Assembly: GCA_037137455.1 (NCBI GenBank)
Contig: JBAXKG010000002.1
Span: 42,433-106,432, forward strand
DNA: 64,000 bases
From: Bacteroidota bacterium
Lineage (GTDB): Bacteria > Bacteroidota > Bacteroidia > Bacteroidales > FEN-979
Reading direction: 5' to 3'
Shown: piece by piece, positions 57,691 through 64,000 of the stretch
Layout of the letters: each line of letters starts with the position of its first letter
Position numbering within the stretch: the first letter of the stretch is position 1
Notes under the pieces: generated by a model
Seen by the model: only the letters and a program-made list of their open reading frames with translations
Databases searched by the model: none
Told to the model about the DNA's origin: nothing
Position numbers and translations under genes: made by a program

Positions 57691-58581
57691 ATGGCAGGCC
57701 TGAAGGAAGTTCGTATTAGGATTGCATCGGTTAGATCGACCCAGCAGATCACAAATGCCATGAAAATGGTGGCGGCCTCCAAGTTGCGTAAGGCTCAGAC
57801 CGCCATTATAAAATTACGTCCTTATGCGGCAAAATTACGGGAAATACTGCAAAATCTGAGCGCCACGATTACCAATTCTGACGAAAACGTTTTCTCACAG
57901 GAACGCAAATCAGAAAAAATACTGCTGGTTGTGATTGCATCCAATCGCGGATTGTGCGGCGCTTTTAATTCCAACATCATAAAGATGGCAATACACCTCG
58001 CCGCTACAACCTATTATCATCAGTTTAATCAAAACAATGTCAGTTTCATTACCATCGGCCGCAAAGCCACAGAATACTTCCGTAAAAGGAAATATAACGT
58101 AATAGAATCGCACGATGAACTTTTTGACCAGTTAACCTTCTCCAACGCTTCCGTACTTGCCGAAAAACTCATGAAGGGATTTGCCGGAAAGGAATTTGAC
58201 AGGATTGATTTGATATACAATCAATTTAAGAATGCTGCCGTACAGCGGCTGATTGTCGAACAATACCTGCCAATTGCCCCACCTGAAGCCCCAGCCCAAA
58301 AACCGGTTTCCAAAGTGGAGTCGGATTATATTTTTGAACCTGACAAAGAGACTATTGTAACCAAGCTAATCCCGAAAACATTACGTATTCAGCTTTTCAA
58401 AGCGCTATTGGATTCATTTGCCTCCGAACAGGGGGCCAGGATGACTGCCATGCAAAAAGCAACTGAAAATGCTAAAGATCTCCTTCGGGACCTCAACATT
58501 TCTTATAACAAGGCCCGCCAGAATGCCATCACTAACGCCATTCTCGAGATTGTTTCAGGGGCGGAGGCGTTAAAAGGTTGA
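57691..58581 (+). CDS. atpG: F0F1 ATP synthase subunit gamma
   Basis: 296 aa. IASVRSTQQITNAMKMVAASKLRKAQ start and C-terminal ITNAILEIVSGAEAL. Confidence 0.93.
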   Translation: MAGLKEVRIRIASVRSTQQITNAMKMVAASKLRKAQTAIIKLRPYAAKLREILQNLSATITNSDENVFSQERKSEKILLVVIASNRGLCGAFNSNIIKMAIHLAATTYYHQFNQNNVSFITIGRKATEYFRKRKYNVIESHDELFDQLTFSNASVLAEKLMKGFAGKEFDRIDLIYNQFKNAAVQRLIVEQYLPIAPPEAPAQKPVSKVESDYIFEPDKETIVTKLIPKTLRIQLFKALLDSFASEQGARMTAMQKATENAKDLLRDLNISYNKARQNAITNAILEIVSGAEALKG

Positions 58582-58605
58582 TTTTCTGATAGGATTTTTA
58601 CTCAT

Positions 58606-58634
58606 CGAAAATAATCAAAATTTTGAGTTAATTC
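58606..58634 (+). repeat. Heptad-family copy CGAAAATAATCAAAATTTTGAGTTAATTC in the atpG-ferritin spacer
   Basis: Read directly. Resembles the tsaB copy CGAAAATCGGAAATCAAAATTTGAAAATTC. Confidence 0.6.
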
Positions 58635-58644
58635 AAACCATATT

Positions 58645-59184
58645 ATGATCACAAAAAACGTAGAAAAATCGATAAACGAACAGATCAAACGCGAAGAACA
58701 TTCTTCACGCATCTATCTGTCAATGGCCTCCTGGGCTGAACGGAACGGTTTTCCAGGAGCCGCGAACTGGCTATATGTGCAAACTGAAGAGGAACGAATT
58801 CATATGCTCAAACTGGTTCATTACCTCAATGACCGTGGTGGAACTGCCATCATTTCTGCCCTGGATGCGCCCGAAGCAAAGTTCAAATCGTTACCCGATG
58901 TTTTTCAACAAGTGTTGAAACACGAAGAATATATTTCGGCATCGATAAATGAACTTTATGCCACGTGCACCAAAGAGAAGGATTTTACAACGGCAAATCA
59001 TCTTCAATGGTATATTACTGAGCAGATTGAGGAGGAAAGCACTGTTCGCAGCATTCTCGACCAGATCAAACTTGCCGGAACCGATAAAGGCGGCCTGTTT
59101 ATGATGGATAAGGAATTTGCAACGATGGCAACGGCAAAAAGAGCGGCCCTTGCCCTGAGCGGCGGCGCTAATGCAGTAGTTTAA
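58645..59184 (+). CDS. ftn: Ferritin (non-heme, bacterial Ftn type)
   Basis: 179 aa. Ferroxidase-centre contexts E..SS.IYLSMASWAE and EEERIHMLKLVHY. Confidence 0.85.
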   Translation: MITKNVEKSINEQIKREEHSSRIYLSMASWAERNGFPGAANWLYVQTEEERIHMLKLVHYLNDRGGTAIISALDAPEAKFKSLPDVFQQVLKHEEYISASINELYATCTKEKDFTTANHLQWYITEQIEEESTVRSILDQIKLAGTDKGGLFMMDKEFATMATAKRAALALSGGANAVV

Positions 59185-59722
59185 CGAATTTTTTATACCA
59201 GGTTCGTCCGTATTTGCGAATCAATGCCCCTTCGAGGAACTGGTAAAGGTGTGTTTTTTCATTATATCCTTTCGCCAAAGCTTTCTGACAAATGGACCAT
59301 TTGTGATAATTGAGCAAATCATTGACTTTTGTTGTTTTAATCCTGACAGGATAGAGGTGGCATGATATGGGTTTGGCGAACGGGATTTTATTCTCCTGGA
59401 AGGCCTTTTCAATGGAACAACGGGCAATTCCAATATCAAAGTAAACAAATGCACACTCTTTCCCATGGATCAGCGGGGTGACAAATTTTCCCTCTGCATC
59501 ATAGTCAAATACACCAAACATCTCCACTTCAGTTATTCCTTCCTGGACCATAAATGGTTTGATCTCATCAATATAATCTTCGAGAAGAGAAATTTCCGCC
59601 TCATTTAGTGGGGCTCCGGCATCACCCTCAACGCAGCAAGCGCCTTTGCACTTTTTTAGGTCGCAGCAAAAGAAAACCTCTTTGACTTCATCTGAAATTA
59701 TTGTATTTTCAAGTATTATCAT
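59168..59722 (-). CDS. DUF3109-like Cys-rich protein
   Basis: 184 aa with an N-terminal FFCCDLKKCKGACCVEGDAG cluster. Family name is from memory. Its 3' end overlaps the convergent ferritin gene by 17 nt. Confidence 0.6.
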   Translation of the reverse strand: MIILENTIISDEVKEVFFCCDLKKCKGACCVEGDAGAPLNEAEISLLEDYIDEIKPFMVQEGITEVEMFGVFDYDAEGKFVTPLIHGKECAFVYFDIGIARCSIEKAFQENKIPFAKPISCHLYPVRIKTTKVNDLLNYHKWSICQKALAKGYNEKTHLYQFLEGALIRKYGRTWYKKFVKLLH

Positions 59723-60780
59723 GGCAATTTGGTAATCATTTTTCGTGATGGTTTGTATCGCCGCCAGAATTTATATCTGGTTAAGGATGTATAATAGAAA
59801 AATTGACGGATGATCGGGATGCGCAACAAATAATGGTAAATGCGGTATGATATAACCATCACCAAGAAAGTAAGAACCCACCCGATTAGTGTAACGCCTG
59901 TTTTTGCCCACCCATTGTTGGCTGGGATGGTGATTAACCGGCCCACCAATTGCCAGAACCAAATTATGATTCCCATGTTGAGCAATATCATAATGCCGAT
60001 TATATATCCATGGGCGGTTTCAATGGCACGTTTGGGGCAGTCGTTCATGCATCGCATGCAGCTTTCGCAGCGGTACGACCAGAATGGTCGGTTATCAACA
60101 GTTTGAATCGCTTTCACAGGGCAGTTGTTAATGCAAAGGTCGCATTTGTCGCAGGAATTTGTGGCATAAAATGATTTGGCCAGAATAAACCGCCCAACGA
60201 AAAAATACCCGATGGTCACAGGGGTGATCAGGAGATCCTGGATGATATCGCGGAATGCAGTATATACCCTCTTCCCACTAAGAATTTTTGAGGCGAACTT
60301 CATCGTGATGCCTTTGCAATGTCCGTAAATCGAATCCACAACGTTCTCCTTCAGTCCCGGATGAAAGGATATCCAATTAGATGGCAGGTCGATGGAACGA
60401 AGACCTACAATGTGGTATCCTTTAAGCAACAATACTATTGCTGAGAGCCACAAGGCGATTCCGCTCAGTCCCGGAAGGAACCATTTGGAAAGTTTCATGC
60501 CGGCCCGGGTGTTCATCAGAAATGCCCGGTTTCCCTTTGATCGCGGGAATCGGAAGATGAAATACATCATGGCCGGCGGATAATTGAACCCGTGTGTGGG
60601 GGAGATAAAGCCAACCAGAGATCCTGGTTGTGGTGGTTGGATTTTTTTCCGGTCGATCTTTGCGATATCGATTGTTTCAACGGGGATTTTCTGTTCCCGG
60701 GCCACATCGCTGAACCAATAAGCCACATTGCGGGCATTACCGGTGCCGGAAAAGAAATAGACAGAAAGATTTTGTTGCAT
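59719..60780 (-). CDS. EFR1-family ferredoxin: flavodoxin-like N-domain + 2x[4Fe-4S] motif + TM segments
   Basis: Start set at MQQNLSVYFFSGTGNARNVA. Contains CDKCDLCINNCP and CESCMRCMNDCP. ATGA overlap with the DUF3109 gene. Confidence 0.7.
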   Translation of the reverse strand: MQQNLSVYFFSGTGNARNVAYWFSDVAREQKIPVETIDIAKIDRKKIQPPQPGSLVGFISPTHGFNYPPAMMYFIFRFPRSKGNRAFLMNTRAGMKLSKWFLPGLSGIALWLSAIVLLLKGYHIVGLRSIDLPSNWISFHPGLKENVVDSIYGHCKGITMKFASKILSGKRVYTAFRDIIQDLLITPVTIGYFFVGRFILAKSFYATNSCDKCDLCINNCPVKAIQTVDNRPFWSYRCESCMRCMNDCPKRAIETAHGYIIGIMILLNMGIIIWFWQLVGRLITIPANNGWAKTGVTLIGWVLTFLVMVISYRIYHYLLRIPIIRQFFYYTSLTRYKFWRRYKPSRKMITKLP

Positions 60781-60800
60781 TAATTTAAGTTTTCGATTTG

Positions 60801-61595
60801 TTATTTCCCTATAATAGCAATGATACGCAGCGGCGCCCCGCTTCCGCCCTTGATTTTCATCGGCAGGGCAACGATATAAGTTCCCTTGGCAGGAAGTTGA
60901 TCGAGGTTGGCTACGTTTTCGTACATGGTAAGGCCGGCAGCACACAAATTACGATGGGTTTGAAAATCTTTTGATTGTCCGAAATCGATGCTTGGAGTAT
61001 CCAATCCAACTGCATTGATTTTACGGTTTTCAACAAGCCAGTCAGCCGCAACAGGATCTAGTCCGGGGAAATGCAACTCAGCAATCCCCTCTTTCCCCTT
61101 TTTAATTGTTCCGGTATACTTTAGGTGATCATCCCAGTATTTTCCAAAACCAGTGTTTAATAATATGATGGCCCCGTCAGGGATTTTGCCGTATTGTTTT
61201 TCCCAGTTTTCAAGATCCTTCACTGTAACCCGGTAATCAAGGTTTTCGGCCGATTGTTTGGTCACATCAACGATAACGCCAGGGCCATGCATCTGTTCAA
61301 CCGGCACTTCGTGAATGAATTTATGACCCTGGGCGAAATGAACCGGGGCGTCAAAATGGGTTCCCCCATGTTCTTCAGCCGAAAATTTAAACGATGAATA
61401 GAAATACCCTTTTTCGGTTGTGCCATAAAAAACGGTATCATGCCTATATGGTTCATCTGTAGGCCAGTAAACAGTATTGGGTTCGAAATCATGGGTGAGA
61501 TCTATCCATCGCGACGACTGCAACTGTTCCGTTATCCCGGCATAATGGCATGAAAACAGGGTCAACAAAGAGATAAAACACAATAGCTGTTTCAT
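60801..61595 (-). CDS. Cyclase family protein (kynurenine formamidase-like), secreted
   Basis: 264 aa. Signal peptide and the EHGGTHFDAPVHF (HxGTHxDxPxH) motif. Confidence 0.8.
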   Translation of the reverse strand: MKQLLCFISLLTLFSCHYAGITEQLQSSRWIDLTHDFEPNTVYWPTDEPYRHDTVFYGTTEKGYFYSSFKFSAEEHGGTHFDAPVHFAQGHKFIHEVPVEQMHGPGVIVDVTKQSAENLDYRVTVKDLENWEKQYGKIPDGAIILLNTGFGKYWDDHLKYTGTIKKGKEGIAELHFPGLDPVAADWLVENRKINAVGLDTPSIDFGQSKDFQTHRNLCAAGLTMYENVANLDQLPAKGTYIVALPMKIKGGSGAPLRIIAIIGK

Positions 61596-61794
61596 AGATC
61601 AGATTTTTTTGCTCCTCAAAGATAGAATCATTTTTTCCATGGCCAAAATATCGAGGCCCAACACATTGATAAATATCAATCCTATCTTTGATATATTACA
61701 GGACTAATTTCATTAATATCAGATAAAGAAACAGATAGCAACATTATATATGTGTTTCGCTTCATATCCGGTTAGGTTGTTTCAGATTAATTTT

Positions 61795-61802
61795 TAACTT
61801 TG
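61795..61802 (+). promoter_or_regulatory. -7 promoter box TAACTTTG upstream of the nuo operon
   Basis: Matches TAnnTTTG, 27 nt before the ATG at 61829. Confidence 0.45.
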
Positions 61803-61828
61803 CCGCCACGTTTGTTAATCGAATCACT

Positions 61829-62179
61829 ATGAGTGCTGAAAGTCTGATTCTCTTCTTTATCGTTGGGGCCTTTCTGGTGGGGTTTGCCATTGTATTCTCC
61901 ATCTTTATTGCACCCACATCAACCAATCCACAAAAAGCCGAACCATACGAATGCGGCATTCCTACAGAGGGGCTTACCTGGCTGCAATTCAACGTGGGGT
62001 ATTATTTGTTTGCAATTATCTTTCTTATATTCGATGTTGAAAGTGTTTTCATTTTCCCTTGGGCCGTTGTAATGAAAGAATTGGGAATGGTTGCTTTTGT
62101 TGAGATTATTATTTTCTTTTTCGTATTGGGTTTGGGACTGTTATATGCCTGGAAGAAAGGAGCCTTGAAATGGGAATAA
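61829..62179 (+). CDS. nuoA: NADH-quinone oxidoreductase subunit A
   Basis: 116 aa, 3 TM segments, with the EPYECGI motif. Confidence 0.9.
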   Translation: MSAESLILFFIVGAFLVGFAIVFSIFIAPTSTNPQKAEPYECGIPTEGLTWLQFNVGYYLFAIIFLIFDVESVFIFPWAVVMKELGMVAFVEIIIFFFVLGLGLLYAWKKGALKWE

Positions 62180-62721
62180 AAAACATGAAAGAGGCGGATT
62201 TCCGGGATAATGAAACCCTCGAACTGTTCAAAAAATCTGGTGGAAATATTCTGATGACCACCATTGATGCAGTTATTGACTGGGGCCGGTCAAACTCTAT
62301 CTGGCCGCTCACCTTTGCAACCAGCTGTTGCGGGATAGAAATGATGGCTACTGGAGCCTCACGTCACGATTTTGCCCGCTTCGGCATTGAAGTTTATCGT
62401 GCTTCCCCGCGCCAGGCCGATGTGATTGTGGTAGCCGGAACCATTGTAAACAAAATGGCGCCTGTATTGAAGCGACTATACGACCAGATGTCGGACCCAA
62501 AATATGTGATCGCCATGGGTGCCTGCGCTGTCTCGGGCGGCCCGTTTTTTTATAACAGTTATCATGTGGTTCGTGGCGTTGACCATGTAATCCCCGTTGA
62601 CGTATATGTTCCCGGCTGCCCGCCTCGTCCCGAAGCCCTGCTTTACGGTGTAATGCAGCTGCAGCGTAAGATAAAGCTGGAATCCATGACCAGTCCAAGA
62701 CAAACAGAAGAATTAAAATAG
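62170..62721 (+). CDS. nuoB: NADH-quinone oxidoreductase subunit B
   Basis: 183 aa. N2 cluster cysteines in [18 protein letters not shown] and VPGCPPRPE. Confidence 0.95.
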   Translation: MGIKNMKEADFRDNETLELFKKSGGNILMTTIDAVIDWGRSNSIWPLTFATSCCGIEMMATGASRHDFARFGIEVYRASPRQADVIVVAGTIVNKMAPVLKRLYDQMSDPKYVIAMGACAVSGGPFFYNSYHVVRGVDHVIPVDVYVPGCPPRPEALLYGVMQLQRKIKLESMTSPRQTEELK

Positions 62722-62734
62722 ATACTTTCCCAAG

Positions 62735-63193
62735 ATGGATAATGCAGCATTGAAAGAGCGTATTCTGGGTTTGGTTCACGATGCAGAATACCAGGAGAAT
62801 AAACAATTCCTTACATTCATAATTCCGCCGGCAAAAATGCATGATCTGGCTCTCAGACTCAAACAAGAGGCTGACCTTGCATTCGATTTTCTCTTCTGCC
62901 TCACAGGCGTTGACATGGTGAAATTTCTGGAAGTGGTGTATCACCTCGAATCGACCACCCACAAACATCAACTGGAACTCAAAGTACGCACCGAAGATCG
63001 AGTTAACGGCGCTGTAGAAACAGTTTGCGATATTTGGAAAACTGCGGAGTTTCATGAACGGGAGGCTTTCGATTTGTTAGGCATCCGGTTTACCAACCAT
63101 CCCGACCTGCGCAGAATTTTCCTTGAAGAGAACTGGATCGGCCACCCACTACGCAAAGATTATGTTGATGAAGTTAATATCGTAGAACTGTAA
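62735..63193 (+). CDS. nuoC: NADH-quinone oxidoreductase subunit C
   Basis: 152 aa with the EFHEREAFDLLGIRF motif. Confidence 0.9.
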   Translation: MDNAALKERILGLVHDAEYQENKQFLTFIIPPAKMHDLALRLKQEADLAFDFLFCLTGVDMVKFLEVVYHLESTTHKHQLELKVRTEDRVNGAVETVCDIWKTAEFHEREAFDLLGIRFTNHPDLRRIFLEENWIGHPLRKDYVDEVNIVEL

Positions 63194-63196
63194 GGT

Positions 63197-64000
63197 ATGA
63201 AAGAAATCATTAACCTGCCTGTTAAGAATGTTGAGGAGGAAGAATACCATATTAATATGGGTCCACAGCACCCCTCTACCCATGGAGTGCTTCGGTTGGT
63301 TGTTTCACTCCAGGGAGAAATTGTTAAAAACCTGAAACCTCACTGCGGCTATATTCACCGAGGCATTGAGAAAATGTGTGAAAAAGACACCTATCCCCAA
63401 ATCATACATCTCACCGACCGGATGGATTACCTTTCAGCCCATATTAATAATCACGCCGTATGCATGCTGGTTGAAAAGGCGCTTGAAGTAGAGGTTCCTG
63501 AACGTGTGAAATACATCCGCACAATTATCGATGAACTTAACCGCATTGCATCCCACCAGTTGTGGTGGTGCAGCTTCGGAATGGATATGGGTGGGTTAAC
63601 ATGCTTTTTCTATGGTTTGCGCGACCGTGAAAAAATACTCGATATCTTTGAAGAATCATTCGGTTCGAGGTTGCTTCACAGTTATTATATTCCGGGCGGA
63701 CTAATGATGGACATTCACCCCAATTTCCAGAATAACGTTAAGGCTTTCATCAAATATTTCCGCAAGAAGATCAAAGATTATGATGATCTGCTTACTGGCA
63801 ATATTATTATGCAGTTGCGTACAAAAGGCGTTGGCGTTCTTACAAAAGAAGATGCCATAAGTTATGGAGTTACCGGCCCATCGGGCCGCGCCTCGGGTTT
63901 TGCATGCGATGTGCGCAAGCATCAGCCGTATGGCGTTTACGATAAGGTACAGTTCAAGGAAATCCTGGGAATCACTGGCGATACTTTTGAACGCTACATG
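63197..64000 (+). CDS. nuoD: NADH-quinone oxidoreductase subunit D, 3' end cut by window edge
   Basis: Not in the ORF track because it runs off the window. ATG at 63197. My translation is MKEIINLPVKNVEEEEYHINMGPQHPSTHGVLRLVVSLQGE...CGYIHRGIEK..., open to nt 64000. Confidence 0.93.
   Translation, partial: MKEIINLPVKNVEEEEYHINMGPQHPSTHGVLRLVVSLQGEIVKNLKPHCGYIHRGIEKMCEKDTYPQIIHLTDRMDYLSAHINNHAVCMLVEKALEVEVPERVKYIRTIIDELNRIASHQLWWCSFGMDMGGLTCFFYGLRDREKILDIFEESFGSRLLHSYYIPGGLMMDIHPNFQNNVKAFIKYFRKKIKDYDDLLTGNIIMQLRTKGVGVLTKEDAISYGVTGPSGRASGFACDVRKHQPYGVYDKVQFKEILGITGDTFERYM

Noticed and set aside
59719-60945. N-terminal extensions given by the ORF track (this ORF, and also 29597, 33498, 21400-23505, 25519-27891, 28457-29044, 12355, 47301, 53391)
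   Set aside because: The extensions lack signal-peptide or domain character, overlap neighbouring genes or spacers, and are followed by an internal Met that begins the recognisable signal peptide or domain. I moved the starts accordingly, and these starts remain predictions.
62348-63055. 235-aa ORF antisense to nuoB and nuoC
   Set aside because: It lies entirely opposite two strongly supported complex I genes and crosses their intergenic spacer. It has no recognisable motifs, so it is most likely a stop-poor antisense frame.

Overview
This 64-kb window is densely coding and co-linear. It has the hallmarks of a Bacteroidota chromosome: TAnnTTTG-type -7 promoter boxes and no obvious Shine-Dalgarno sequences; one peptidase with a T9SS C-terminal sorting domain; GH92, S9 and S8 hydrolases; an atpBEFHAG operon with beta and epsilon elsewhere; and a nuoA-B-C-D start typical of the 11-subunit complex I. 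I support about 59 protein genes, mostly housekeeping. They include cysS, tyrS, pgk, ispG, tsaB, hemW, the ATP synthase F0/F1 genes, nuoABCD and ferritin. The window also holds an acyl-CoA operon (Pat-like ACD-GNAT, acyl-CoA dehydrogenase, IcmF, butyrate kinase), an envelope-glycan gene block, a TolC plus adaptor pair, an MlaEF-like pair and several peptidases. I found no rRNA, tRNA, CRISPR array, transposase, integrase or recognisable defence genes. Two small genes are missing from the ORF track (under 60 aa): a 57-aa Arc/ribbon-helix-helix gene between an SPFH gene and a DUF1648 gene, and a 45-aa lipoprotein upstream of the SprT-like gene. The most unusual signal is at nucleotide level. A family of imperfect A-rich heptanucleotide repeats (consensus about CAAAATC) and G-depleted CACTCA/CCTTCA tracts occurs at gene boundaries. 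It also appears in-frame inside conserved genes (a SAM methyltransferase, tsaB, hemW, a GT2 glycosyltransferase). Two of these in-frame copies share 23/27 nt and the same reading frame (QKSKIRDQN versus QKSKIGNQN), although they lie in unrelated genes on opposite strands. All family names come from motif recognition and memory, since no searches were possible. I see no compelling evidence for a complete novel multi-gene system. The candidates below are ranked accordingly.
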